Shown: positions 45,902 through 59,800 of the stretch, one piece after another | Numbering within the stretch: the stretch's first letter is position 1 | Layout of the letters: each line of letters starts with the position of its first letter | Position numbers and translations under genes: made by a program | Notes under the pieces: model-generated | What the model was told of the DNA's origin: nothing | The model's input: the letters and a program-made list of their open reading frames with translations, nothing else | The model's database searches: none | DNA from: Macrostomum hystrix | Taxonomy: Eukaryota; Animalia; Platyhelminthes | Assembly: GCA_950097015.1 (NCBI GenBank) | Contig: CATNEN010000001.1 | Coordinates: forward strand, 24,304,001 to 24,368,000 | DNA length: 64,000 nucleotides | Reading direction: 5' to 3'

Positions 45902-46930
45902 CACTCACAATTGTATTGACGTCTGAGACACAAACACTCACAATTGTATTGACGTCTGAGACACAAACACTCACAATTGTATTGACGTCTGAGACAGAAA
46001 CACTCACAATTGTATTGACGTCTGAGACACAAACACTCACAATTGTATTGACGTCTGAGACACAAACACTCACAATTGTATTGACGTCTGAGACAGAAAC
46101 ACTCACAATTGTATTGACTTCTGAGACGGAAGCACTCACAGTTGTATTGACTTCTGAGACGGAAGCACTCACAGTTGTATTGACTTCTGAGACGGAAGCA
46201 CTCACAGTTGTATTGACTTCTGAGACGGAAACACTCACAATTGTATTGACGTCTGAGACACAAACACTCACAATTGTATTGACGTCTGAGACACAAACAC
46301 TCACAATTGTATTGACTTCTGAGACGGAAGCACTCACAGTTGTATTGACTTCTGAGACGGAAACACTCACAATTGTATTGACGTCTGAGACAGAAACACT
46401 CACAATTGTATTGACGTCTGAGACGGAAGCACTCACAGTTGTATTGACTTCTGAGACGGAAGCACTCACAATTGTATTGACGTCTGAGACAGAAACATTT
46501 ACAATTGTATTGACCTCTGAGACACAAACACTCACAATTGTATTGACCTCTGAGACACAAACACTCACAATTGTATTGACGTCTGAGACACAAACACTCA
46601 CAATTGTATTGACCTCTGAGACACAAACACTCACAATTGTATTGACGTCTGAGACACAAACACTCACAATTGTATTGACCTCTGAGACACAAACACTCAC
46701 AATTGTATTGACGTCTGAGACACAAACACTCACAATTGTATTGACCTCTGAGACACAAACACTCACAATTGTATTAACGCCTGAGACACAAACACTCACA
46801 GTTGTATTGACGTCTGAGACGGAAGCACTCACAATTATTGTAATGACATCTGAGACACAAACACAGTTGTAATGACGTCAGAGACGGAAGCACTCACAAT
46901 TATTGTAATGACTTCTGAGACAGAAACACA
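45902..46930. repeat. 33-bp minisatellite, same family as 44015-45142
   Basis: About 31 tandem copies. Confidence 0.95.
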
Positions 46931-47237
46931 CACGCACAAAACACACAGAGTCGCTTATCGCCTAAGTAGAATAACAATATTTGTATCGGGAATTATTCAT
47001 ACCTGACATATACGTACGATGAACGCACACACGCATAGGTGCGTACTTGTTCTCTGTCTCTCTGACAGTGTTCACTTTTTGGGTTGGCCCTCGTGATAGT
47101 AAATCGCAAGACGAACCCCCTGCTTTCTCTCCAACCGCTGGTGTCCCGAATTTTCGTGGCCTCGCCCGAATTAGAAGTCAGAAACCCTCACAAACCCTCA
47201 GAACTCAAAAGCATAAACAATAACTTCTCACTGATAG

Positions 47238-50200
47238 AGCCTCGCCGAGGAGTTAAGTCTGACGATGGAGACTCCGGCAGCTGTAAGAAGTGCAAATGTG
47301 CCAGCGAGTGTCTGCTGATTGAACCATTGTTTTCCAAAGAGACTCCATGGCCGGTGAGATTTTGCTACAGCTCAACCTCCGCCTCTGCTGTTGAGGACTT
47401 TACTAACGTCCGCAGCAGCTCGACTAGAAGCAGCTGGTCCACAGACAGCCACAACGCAGGCTTCAATGCACATAGCGACTGCTTTCAAGGTAGCAGGTGA
47501 GCATCGGGCTTTGTTTGTCGATGCATCTGTAAAATTTAATAAAAACTTTTCACCCTCCTTGAGAATGACTCGCGAATATTTGTTTTTTTATGAGACAGCC
47601 TACTGCTCTTTTGAAGTGACCGAATTCTGTGTCTTGAACTTAGTACCGTCAGTATAATTATGGGGCCGAGAAAACATTTTTTTATTGTTATTGGCGCTAA
47701 TTTGCTAAGAATTTACAATCCTACCTCTAAAATCTTACTTCCGACCCTGCTTTCTTGCTCCATTCTGAGCACAGTTCCCCGTTTCCGCACCTCCTGAGAG
47801 ATGTCAATAGCAATAATCAGCCTGATCAAGAGGCAGCGCAACTGGGAGAGGTAATCGACTCCGGGTGCAATGAAGAACAAGAGGTTCTGGACAGCTCACC
47901 GGGCCTGTCGGAGAAGCAGGAAAATCAGCCGTACCAGCGTGAGACGCAGCAGCAGCAGCTGCTGCAGCAGCATTTTAGCCATGTTAAGGCGAACAAAAAA
48001 AAGCACCGGCAGCAAAAACAGGTACGTACCAAAATGGTATGGTCCATTGTTTCTTTTTTTTCTGAGACACTCGATGCGTTTCTCAAACACTCGAATCATT
48101 TCTCAAACACTCGATGCGTTTCTTAAACACTCGATGCATTTCTAAGACACTCGATGCATTTCTCAGACACTCGATGCATTTCTTAAACACTCGATGCATT
48201 TCTCAGACACTCGATGCATTTCTCAGACACTCTACGCGTTTCTAAAACACTCGATGCATTTCCCAGACACTCTACGTACGCGTTTCTCGAACACTCGAAT
48301 CATTTCTCAAACACTCGATGCGTTTCTTAAACACTCGATGCATTTCTAAGACACTCGATGCATTTCTCAGACACTCGATGCATTTCTCAGACACTCGATG
48401 CATTTCTCAGACACTCTACGCGTTTCTAAAACACTCGATGCATTTCTCAGACACTCGACGCATTACTCAAACACTCGATGCGTTTCTCAGACACTCGATG
48501 CATTTCTCAGACACTCGATGCATTTCTCAGACACTCTATGCTTTTCTCAAACACTCGATGCATTACTCAAACACTCGATGCATTTCTCAGACACTCGACG
48601 CATTACTCAAACACTCGATGCGTTTCTCAGACACTCGATGCATTTCTCAGACACTCGATGCATTTCTCAGACACTCTATGCGTTTCTCAAACACTCGATG
48701 CATTACTCAAACACTCGATGCATTTCTTAAACACTCGATGCATTACTCGAACACTCGATGCGTTACTCAAACACTCGATGCATTACTCAAACACTCGATG
48801 CGTTACTCAGACAATAAATGTGTTTCTCCGAGCCTGTTTCATGTGTCTGTTATGTGTTTTTTGATTGTCCGCACTTCTCGTAAGGAGTTAAGAAGTGCAT
48901 ATTTTACTGAACATGTGTCAAATCGATTCTGAAACTACCGCTTAGAGACAGTAATTTAGTCAATTACGAGTATATTCCATAATGAGACAGCTTACCTTTA
49001 TTTCGACTGGCAAAACCTGTTAACGAGTTAAAAAGTGACACGAACTTCTATTCTGTTTAATACCATTGGTGTAACCAGAAAGGTCAGCCGCCACTCCTAA
49101 TCGAGGTGATCGACTCGACTGGACAAAGCCACAGCGAGGCTGCGCACCTAGCGGAATGGGCGACCCCCACCTCCCCGCTGTGTCCTTCGGACGGCCCTGC
49201 AGAAGAGGCTGCGCTCCGCACCAACACATCGACCAGTCCCAATGGCAGATTGGAAACAACCCCGGATGACCAGAAGCTGGCTAAATCTCTGACACCTCGA
49301 TGCTTGTATTGCGAGACTGGCCAATCCGAGTAAGTTATTGCTGTCGATGAACCATGAACCAATAAATTTACCAATATCTCTCCAATCTAGTCTGATCTAA
49401 TATCCAATCTAGTCTGATCTAATCTCCAATCTAGTCTGATCTAATCTCCAATCTAGTCTGATCTAATCTCCAATCTAGCCTGATCTAATATCCAGTCTAG
49501 TCTGATCTAATATCCAGTCTAGTCTGATCTAATCTCCAATCTAGTCTGATCTAATCTCTAATCTAGTCTGATCTAATCTCCAATCTAGTCTGATCTAATC
49601 TCCAATCTAGTCTGATCTAATCTCCAATCTAGTCTGATCTAATCTCCAATCTAGTCTGATCTAATCTCTAATCTGATCTAATCTCCAATCTAGTCTGATC
49701 TAATCTCCAATCTAGTCTGATCTAATCTCCAATCTAGTCTGATCTTATCTCTAATCTAGTCTGATCTAATCTCCAATCTAGTCTGATCTAATCTCCAATC
49801 TAGCCTGATCTAATCTCTAATCTAGTCTGATCTAATCTCCAATCTAGTCTGATCTAATCTCTAATCTAGTCTGATCTAATCTCCAATCTAGTCTGATCTT
49901 ATCTCTAATCTAGTCTGATCTAATCTCTAATCTAGTCTGATCTAATCTCCAATCTGATCTAATCTCCAATCTAGCCTGATCTAATCTCTAATCTAGTCTG
50001 ATCTAATCTCCAATCTGATCTAATCTCCAATCTAGCCCGATCTAATCTCCAATCTAGCCTGATCTAGTCTAGTCTGAACTGATCTTGAAGTTAATCATAA
50101 CTTATCGCAGGGTCAACATGCAGCAGCAGCGAAAGCTCGAGCAGACACCCCAATGCAGCTGCAGTCAGTCGAAGCCTCGCTCATATTCGAAGTGTCGACA

Positions 50201-50426
50201 GCCAAAGAGACGCCTGAAGAAGCGAAAGAAGCAGTCCGGAAGTCCGGGCACGGCCGATCGGGTCAAGTTTGCTCCATCGGACACTGTTGTGCCCTGGAAA
50301 TCGGGATCGGGTCGCGGAAGTTTCCCCCGCGTCAAACTGCAAACCCAGCCCGGCCGCTTCATCACCCGCCAGGCGCTGTTCTTTAGGGGCAAATTAGAGC
50401 CAAAGAAACCTGCTCAGCTCAAGTGA
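47238..50426 (+). CDS. Spliced gene of unknown function (5' end not located)
   Basis: Exons 47238-47496, 47775-48021, 49079-49329 and 50111-50426 have GT-AG ends and matching phases (2,0,2), giving one open frame; low-complexity product with basic C-terminus. Confidence 0.6.
48062..48812. repeat. 20-bp intronic minisatellite (ACACTCGATGCATTTCTCAG)n
   Basis: About 37 copies. Confidence 0.95.
49378..50075. repeat. 22-bp intronic minisatellite (TCCAATCTAGTCTGATCTAATC)n
   Basis: About 31 copies. Confidence 0.95.
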
Positions 50427-50539
50427 TCGGATATGGATATTGCCTGCGCACGAATTTCTTTGAAACCCAACTGACGCAAAAGACATCCTTGAATATCAAC
50501 GATAATCCAAAAAAGCTTAGCAACCGATTCCTCACAAAC

Positions 50540-50770
50540 TCTTCCTATACCCCGAAACTCTTTCCTTACCTCAGAACCTCCTTCGATACCTCAGAACCTC
50601 ATTCGATACCCTCGAAAACCGTTCAATACCTCAGAACCTCCTTCGATACCTCAGAACCTCCTTCGATACCTTAGAACCTCCTTCGATACCCCCGAAAATC
50701 CTTCCATACCTCTGGACCTCTTTCGATACCTCAGAACCTTCTTCGATACCTCAGAGACCCTTCGATACAT
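50540..50770. repeat. Degenerate 20-bp repeat (CTTCGATACCTCAGAACCTC)n
   Basis: About 11 imperfect copies. Confidence 0.8.
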
Positions 50771-51139
50771 CCAGCACCCATGTGACAAAGATTGATGACG
50801 TAAAGCTTCATCGTAAAGTGTTTACAAAGTCAGAGTCACAATGGCAGAAGTTTCATTAAAAAATGAAAATTTTCAAGAAAATTGTTTTTAACAAAAGCCT
50901 TTGTCCCTTTTCTTAGCATTTTGTCTTACGTGTACATGTAAACTGCACCAGTTTACAGTGCATTATTCTGTTTTGGTCTCCGTTTTTTTAAAACCCTAAA
51001 TTTTCATCGGTGAAATAACAAGATCCTATTTTTGTTTTACTTTTCAATAATACAGTTACATTTTAACAAAACTTGTCACAATTGAATGACAAGTCATACT
51101 TCAAACATTATTAACACCGATATATTTTAACTCCAAGCC

Positions 51140-51846
51140 TTCTGATCCTAGACACGAATGGGATAATTTCAAAACAGGAGACTTTCTGATCCAAGACACG
51201 AATGGGATAATTTCAAAACAGGAGACTTCCAGATCCAAGACACGAATGGGATAATTTCAAAACAGGAGACTTCCAGATCCAAGACACGAATGGGATAATT
51301 TCAAAACAGGAGACTTTCAGATCCAAGACACGAATGGGATAATTTCAAAACAGGAGACTTCCAGATCCAAGACACGAATGGGATAATTTCAAAACAGGAG
51401 ACTTTCAGATCCAAGACAGGAATGGGATAATTTCAAAACAGGAGACTTTCAGATCCAAGACACGAAAGGGATAATTTCAAAACAGGAGACTTTCAGATCC
51501 AAGACACGAATGGGATAATTTCAAAACAGGAGACTTTCAGATCCAAGACAGGAATGGGATAATTTCAAAACAGGAGACTTTCAGATCCAAGACAGGAATG
51601 GGATAATTTCAAAACAGGAGACTTTCAGATCCAAGACAGGAATGGGATAATTTCAAAACAGGAGACTTCCAGATCCTAGACACGAATGGGATAATTTCAA
51701 AACAGGAGACTTTCTGATCCTAGACACGAATGGGATAATTTCAAAACAGGAGACTTTCAGATCCAAGACACGAATGGGATAATTTCAAAACAGGAGACTT
51801 TCAGATCCAAGACACGAATGGGATCATTTTCTAAAAGGAGACTTTA
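51140..51846. repeat. 44-bp minisatellite (GATCCAAGACACGAATGGGATAATTTCAAAACAGGAGACTTTCA)n
   Basis: About 16 near-identical head-to-tail copies. Confidence 0.96.
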
Positions 51847-52734
51847 CAATGTGATAGTTTAGTAGCAGTAGCCATTTTGAGTTAGAATAAAGCATCAGTA
51901 AGAATTACAAAGCTGATTCCGGGTTCGGATCGCCAATGTGAGAATAATGAGGCGCGCTGGTCGAAAATAGGCATAATTAGCAACAAAGAGTTCAAGTGGC
52001 TTTGCTTTTTTAGATCTCGTGTGGCTCGCATCAAAGATCTGAGGTCGATGTGGTCTCGAGTGAAACAGGAACCCTGATTGATGGATACCTCGCCGTACTC
52101 ACGCATTTGTTTGCCTGGCAGAGTGGAAACCCGTTGTTAGCCCCGAGGCATGATTGCAATGCCATCTAGACAGATCGGACACTGACACAGAATGAGCTGA
52201 ACTATAGTACAAGTCATCAACCTATTAAATTATCCCACTACACTAGCGGGGCATGACGTATGGGACAATTGTGTTCAGGCGCCATCGATCGTCAAGATGG
52301 GAGTTTTGCCGCCCCTCCCGAATGAGGCCTTGAAACCTGAACGTCTGTTCGGGTCTTTTTTCTGTTTGTCTCTCTTTTGTTCCCCAAAAAAGCACAGTCG
52401 ATTTCCCAGCTCAGCCCAAGCCATGCGCTACATTATCCCCTCCTGATCGGCACAATGAGTACTGTCTCGTGATGGAGAGCGGAGTCTGAGCTTGGCCCGC
52501 TTCTGTTTGAGTCGTTGGCGTGTTATTTAGCATTAACTTTTGAGCTTTGAGCACAGAATGTTTGTGAGGCATGATTTATGGCTTTCTATCGGCCCGCGGA
52601 TGCCAGACAGACAGACATAAAAGCTGCTCATTGTAAAGACAGACTCAAATGCTAATTCACGTCTGGGAAAGCTTCATATACATTTTATAATTGAATTAAC
52701 CTTCTGCAGCCGCTTCTACACACTCAACCAACTT

Positions 52735-53515
52735 TCATCCTGTCTCATCCAATCTCACCCTATCTAATTCGATCTCATCCAATCTCATCCCATCTCATCC
52801 CCTCTCATCCCTTCTTATCCCATCTCATCGCATCCCATCCCATCTCATCCAATCTCATCCCCTCTCATCCCATCTCATCCCTTCTCATCCCCTCTCATCG
52901 CATCTCATCCCATCTCATCCCATCTCATCGCATCCCATCCCATCTCATCCTTCTTATCTCATCTCATCCCCTCTCATCCCTTCTCATCCCATCCCATCCC
53001 CTCTCATCCCTTCTCATCCCATCTCATCCCATCTCATCCCCTCTCATCCCATCTCATTCCATCTCATCCCTTCTCATCCCCTCTCATCCCATCCCATCCC
53101 CTCTCATCCCTTCTCACCCCATCTCATCCCATCTCATCCCCTCTCATCCCATCTCATTCCATCTCATCCCATCTCATCCCTTCTCATCCCCTCTCATCCC
53201 ATCTTTTCCCATCTCATCCCATCTCTTCCCATCTCATCCCTTCTTATCCCTTCTCATCCCCTCTCATCCCTTCTCATCCCATCTCATCCCTTTTCATCTC
53301 ATTTTATCTCCTATCATCCCATCTCATCCCCTCTCATCCCATCTCATCCCATCTCATCCCATCTCATCCCATCTCATCCTATCTCATCCCATCTCATCTC
53401 GTCTCATCCCATCTCATCCCATCTCATCCCTTTTCATCTCATTTTATCTCCTCTCATCCCATCTCATCCCATCTCATCCTATCTCATCCCCTTTCATCTG
53501 ATTTTATCTCCTATC
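52735..53515. repeat. 10-bp pyrimidine-rich repeat (ATCTCATCCC)n
   Basis: Direct inspection. Confidence 0.93.
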
Positions 53516-53876
53516 ATCGACTCCATTATCTCGTCATTCAAATGACTAACAGAATATTTCAAACGCAAATATTGAAGCGAACGAATAAAATGAGCCGGAA
53601 CACAATGATTGTACTTTAATTGGAATTTTACTTCAACATATAAAAGTACATATCGACTTGTGGCGAGAAAAAGCTATTATTAGAGCATGAATTCTAACAG
53701 AAAACGACTGCTCTGCGACACAACAGACACAAAAGAGCAAAATTATCCCTATACTAAAATTCAAAACTATCTATATATATATATTTAGTTCTGTCTGTTA
53801 AAGAGATTGCGAGGTGTCAGTTCACATCACATAATGGTCATTGTGGACAGCTTCGAGAAAAACTGATCAAAAAGTT

Positions 53877-56800
53877 TCATTCGATGAGGTCTTGGTTCAC
53901 GGCCTGCTCAGATGCGGTCTGCAAAGGGCAGCCTTCGATCTGGAAATGATTTGTCTGATTTACTTCAGCACCCATGTTTTTTCCTCCGCTGCTTCAGGTC
54001 TCTCTTCAGGTCCACCTTCAGGTCCTCCCTCAGGTCTTAATTCATGTCCTTCTTCAGGTACTAATTGAAGTCCTCCTTCAGGTCCTCCCTCAGGTCCTCC
54101 TTCACTTCCTCCTTCAGGTCCTTCACTTCCTACTTCAGGTCCTCCCTCAGGTCCTCCTTCAGGTCCTCTTTCAGGTCCTCCTTCAGGTGCTCCTTCAGGT
54201 CCCGATCCTTCAGGTCCTCCTTCAGGTCCTTTTTCAAGGTCTACTTCAGTTCCTCCTTCAGGTCCTCCTTCAGGTCCTTTTTCAAGGTCTACTTCAGTTC
54301 CTTCTTCAGGTCCTTATTTAACTCCTTCTACAGTTCCTATTTCAGGTCCACCCTCAGCACTCACCCCATTGCTGTCCGGTCCCCTGCGGGCCCGCCTATT
54401 GTTCCGGCGATTCTCCAGCTCCAGGCCATAGACATCGTCTAGCGGCTTCAGGTAGCCGCGAGCCTTCATCCAGTGACCGGCTCGAGTCTCCAGCAGCAGC
54501 CGCTTCTGCTCCTTGTGCACCTCCGAGTTGACGAAGCAGAATAGCAGGGACACGAAAAATCCCTAGGGAGATTCGATGGGAAATCAACTTTTGCTACCTT
54601 TACCTGTCATAATCTTTACCTGTCATAATCTTTACCTGTCATAATCTTTACCTGTCATAATCTTTACCTGTCATAATCTTTACCTGTCATAATCTTTACC
54701 TGTCATAATCTTTACCTGTCATAATCTTTACCTGTAATAATCTTTATCTGTCATAATCTTTACCTGTCATAATCTTTACGTGTCATAATCTTTACCTGTC
54801 ATAATCTTTACCTGTCATAATCTTCACCTGTCATAATCTCTACCTGTCATAATCTTTACCTGTCATAATCTTTACCTGTCATAATCTTTACGTGTCATAA
54901 TCTTTACCTGTCATAATCTTTACCTGTCATAATCTTTACGTGTCATAATCTTTACCTGTCATAATCCTAATATGCTGCAATCGCCACTGTATAATATATT
55001 TACCTGTAGCATGTCAATCAACCGATCCCAAATACCTGAAAAGAGTTGAAGAAGTGCTCGTAGAACAGTTTAATATAGTCCAGGGTTGCCCGCAGCCTGT
55101 CCTTGGGAATCACAGACATTGGCAGGAAGATGATGTAGTAAATGCCGAACACGACCACCAGTACGCATGTTGACTTCCACAATTTCCTAGGCAAAGTTTC
55201 AGAGGTTCGAGATGTTCTCCAATTTGCTTGGGTAATCCAAATACGGCAATATTGTTTGACATATCTGCCACCGGGTTGTCTCACCTGTAGCTCTGGGAGG
55301 CGGCACTGGACCGTGGCTGGGATTTTATCTTCACGAACAGCTCGCGCACAATGCGAACAAACAGGCCGGCGTTAATCTGCCATTTTTAGGCGGTTCGGAA
55401 AGCCATTTACAATCGAATGCTCACTGAAATCTCCATTAAAATCCCCCACTGAAATCCCTATTAGAATCCCCACTGAAATCCCTATTGGAATCCTCCCTGA
55501 AATTCCATGAGAATCCCAAATGAAATCCTAACTGAAATCCCATTAGAATCTTAACTGAAATCCTCATTAGAATCCCTAATGAAATCCCTATCGGAATCCT
55601 CAATTAGAATCCCCAATGAAATCCAAACTGAAATCCCCATTAGAATCCTGAATTAAATCCCGATTAGAATCCTGAGTGAAATCCCCATTAGAATCCTGAG
55701 TGAAATCCCCATTAGAATCCTGAATGAAATCCCCATTAGAATCCTGAGTGAAATCCCCATTAGAATCCTGAGTGAAATCCCCATTAGAATCCTGAATGAA
55801 ATCCCCATTAGAATCCTGAGTGAAATCCCCATTAGAATCCTGAGTGAAATCCCCATTAGAATCCTGAGTGAAATCCCCATTAGAATCCTGAATGAAATCC
55901 CCATTAGAATCCTGAATGAAATCCCCATTAGAATCCTCACTAAAATCGCCACTGAATCACAAGCCCTACGGGAAAATGTTCCCCATATTTCACCGATACA
56001 ATGGGGAAATATCACAAAGCCTTTGTGAACGGAGAGAGGTTTTCAGTGCCTCGAATCCAGTCGGTGAGGTGAGCAGTCGATGGGCAGGTTATTTTCCAAC
56101 AAATTGGCCTTGAAGGGAAGCGGCAGAAGTGCAAACGGAAATGACATTGTAATGAGCCCCGTTTTATCGTCCCTTCCTTGCCAAAAAAGTGCGCCTGAGT
56201 TCAAGCAAGGATTTTTAATGGAAAACGGCAACAAAATTTTCTAGCTTCACTGAACTTAGCTTTTTTGCACACTTCGTGCCGACTGGAGCGGCAAAACCAA
56301 TGAGAAGCCGCAATGGGCAACCCTCAGCTGCTCTTTCGCTCTCAGATATTTACACCTGTCCTACATCAGATAATCCCTCAGGTCCTCCCTCAGGAACTCC
56401 CTCAGGAACTCCCTCAGGTCCTCCCTCAGGAACTCCCTCAGGTCCTCCCTCAGGAACTCCCTCAGGTCCTCCCTCAGGTCCTCCCTCAGATCCTCCCTCA
56501 GGTCCTCCCTCAGGAACTCCCTCAGGTCCTCCCTCAGGAACTCCCTCAGGAACTCCCTCAGGTCCTCCCTCAGGAACTCCCTCAGATCCTCTTTCAGGAA
56601 CACCCTCAGGTCCTTCCTCAGATCCTCCCTCAGGTCCTCCCTCAGATCCTCCCTCAGGTCCTCCCTCAGGTCCTCCCTCAGGAACTCCCTCAGGTCCTCC
56701 CTCAGGTTCTAATTCAGGTCCTACTTCAGGTGGTCCTAATTCAGGTCCTCCCTCAGAAACTCTCTAAGGAGCTCTCCCCACAGCACTACAGTTCGCAAAA

Positions 56801-59800
56801 CACCTTTCTCCACTCTTATTTGCATTTCTCTTTGTAAAAAACATTAGTTACTAAAAAGTGTTAAATAATTCAGGAACCCAGGTCACCCCCATAAAAAATT
56901 TCCTCGTTTTTTGAGAGCCCTAATAGAGCTTTTAATTTCCTTTTTTGAGTGCATTTTTAATTACTTTTTCTTTGTTTGCCCTTCCATATTCTACGATGGT
57001 TCCTCACTACCTGTGGTATCTCAAACCTAAAGTTATCTTTGTTCAATGTAAAACTGTCGAGTCTTTTGTGACGTCAATTTTCAAAAAACCCGACAGGGCT
57101 GCAGTAATTAACTGTCTAGAAGGTAATAGAACAGTATAATAGTCATTATAATTTCAGGAGGGCTGCGGGTAATCGTACATCATTTGGTGACACTAGACCC
57201 GCAGCCAGCGAGGAGGCAATTCTGCCCGTTTCGCTGACTCCTGAGCACACACGCACACAGATACTGTACGCAGGCACACGCTAACACAGGTGTGTACATC
57301 TGCCCTGACTTTCGCATCGTCAGGCAGAGTACACTCTCACTGTGCCTTGGAGGTTGGCCCTTAAGGTTGTAAATTGCACGACAAGCCACCAAGCCTTCTC
57401 TCCGTGGCTGCACCCTAAATAAATGTGGCCTCGCCTTGGAATCGAACTCAGGGACCTTGGCGCGAGAGGCAAACGCGTTAGATCGCTTAAACAATCACCC
57501 CCATGTCTAGCTGATAACACCAGGCCTAACAGGTTACACCATGTCTAACAGGTTACACCATGTCTAACAGGTTACACCATGTCTAACAGGTTACACCATG
57601 TCTAACAGGTTACACCATGTCTAACAGGTTACACCATGTCTAACAGGTTACACCATGTCTAACAGGTTACACCATGTCTAACAGGTTACACCATGTCTAA
57701 CAGGTTACACCATGTCTAACAGGTTACACCTTGTCTAACAGGTTACACCATGTCTAACAGTTTACATCATGTCTAACAGGTTACACCATGTCTAACAGGT
57801 TACACCATGTCTAACAGGTTACACCATGTCTAACAGGTTACACCATGTCTAACAGGTTACACCATGTCTAACAGGTTACACCTTGTCTAACAGGTTACAC
57901 CATGTCTAACAGTTTACATCATGTCTAACAGGTTACACCATGTCTAACAGGTTACACCATGTCTAACAGGTTACACCATGTCTAACAGGTTACACCATGT
58001 CTAACAGGTTACACCATGTCTAACAGGTTACACCTTGTCTAACAGGTTACACCATGTCTAACAGGTTACACCATGTCTAACAGGTTACACCATGTCTAAC
58101 ACGTTACACAAATCTAACAGTTTACATCATGTCTGACAATAGAATCTCTGGGCCGTTAATAGTTGAGCACAGTCAAGACTACTCACAAAGACCAGCAGGC
58201 AGAGGTAGACGTTGATCATCCAGATGTCGGCCCCCATGGCTTCATAGCTGCGCCAGCATTCGTTGTTGTTCAGGGCCAGGCGAAGCGCCACCCACACCAG
58301 CGTGAACAGACAGGGAATGCCTGTGGAGTTTTTCCAAACACGAAACCATTGGAACAGCAGATTCTGTGGTGTAAACTGTAAAAGTACATTTGCAGCGCCT
58401 GCGATACTAGATGCCGGATCATTCTGGCTACGCTTTTTTTACTTCGGCTACGATTCTTACTTCGGCTACGACTCTTACTTCGGCTACGATTCTTACTTCG
58501 GCTACGATTCTTACTTCGGCTACGATTCTTACTTCGGCTACGATTCTTACTTCGGCTACGATTCTTACTTCGGCTACGACTCTTACTTCGGCTACGATTC
58601 TTACTTCGGCTACGATTCTTACTTCGGCTACGACTCTTACTTCGGCTACGATTCTTACTTCGGCTACGATTCTTACTTCGGCTACGATTCTTACTTCGGC
58701 TACGATTCTTACTTCGGCTACGATTCTAACTTCGGCTACGATTCTTACTTCGGCTACGACTCTTACTTCGGCTACGATTCTTACTTCGGCTACGATTCTT
58801 ACTTCGGCTACGATTCTTACTTCGGCTACGATTCTTACTTCGGCTACGATTCTTACTTCGGCTACGATTCTTACTTCGGCTACGATTCTTACTTCGGCTA
58901 CGATTCTTAATTCGGCTACGATTCTTACTTCGGCTACGATTCTTAATTCGGCTACATATTTTTGTTTTGTTTCAATGTTGCTGAGTTTCTGGTTGTACCA
59001 CTGTGACCAGTGTGACGCTAATGTAGGAAAAATTCTCTAAAATGTTTGGAAGCTTTTATTTTTAGACTTTTTTTGCCCGATGCCACAGCCGCCCACCCAC
59101 TTGTTGGCCTCCAAAAGCAGATAGATTTGCGGAGGACAATCGGACAGGCTGGGCTGTGTAAATTATTCAATTCCGGCTGGCCCAGCATTGCCAATGACTG
59201 ATGCCATTGTGCGCCAGTCGCTACCCTGCATTGTCGGGACATTCCCTCCCACCAAGAAGCTTTTGAAGCTTTTGAATGATGTTTGATGATGAATGAATGC
59301 CTAATGCGCACATGAGGAACCTGCACTAATAAGCGGCTGGAGGACTTGGATCCTCAATTCCAATGTGATGTATTTAAGGCAGAGCGGGCAGCGGAAGGAA
59401 AGAAAAAAAGTATTTAAAAAAATTTACTTCGTGACTCGGTTGAACGATTCGGTTTTGTCTCGGTGGGACTCGATGGCCTATCAGAATCTAGGCTGTGAGC
59501 AAGACTATAGCCTAAGGAGTGGGGATAGATGGGGAGAGGATTGGAGAAAATGGGAGAGAAAGGGAGAGAGGGAGAGAGAAGGGAAAAGAAGTAGAGAAAA
59601 GAAGAAAGAAACGGAGAGAAGGGAGAAAAGGGGAGAGAAGGGAAGAGAAGGGGAGAGAAGGGGAGAGAAGGGGAGAGAAAGGGAGAAAATGGAAGAGAAG
59701 GGGAGAGAAGGGGAGAGAAGGGGAGAGAAGGGGAGAGAAGGGGAGAGAAGGGGAGAGAAGGGAAGAGAAGTGGAGAGAAGGGGAGAGAAGGGGAGAGAAG

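Noticed and set aside
38580-46872. Long repetitive ORFs ([41 protein letters not shown])
   Set aside because: They arise from satellites with unit lengths divisible by 3, are open in several frames or strands, and have no unique coding flanks or splice support.
51140-51846. 44-bp array as a possible CRISPR
   Set aside because: Head-to-tail copies with no unique spacers, no cas genes, eukaryotic context.
57195-57330. Hammerhead-like CUGACGA..GAAA and HDV-like GCCUCCUCGCUGGC in the SINE
   Set aside because: No stem II between the hammerhead motifs (simple hairpin). The would-be HDV P1 partner lies downstream and the P1.1 GG is missing.
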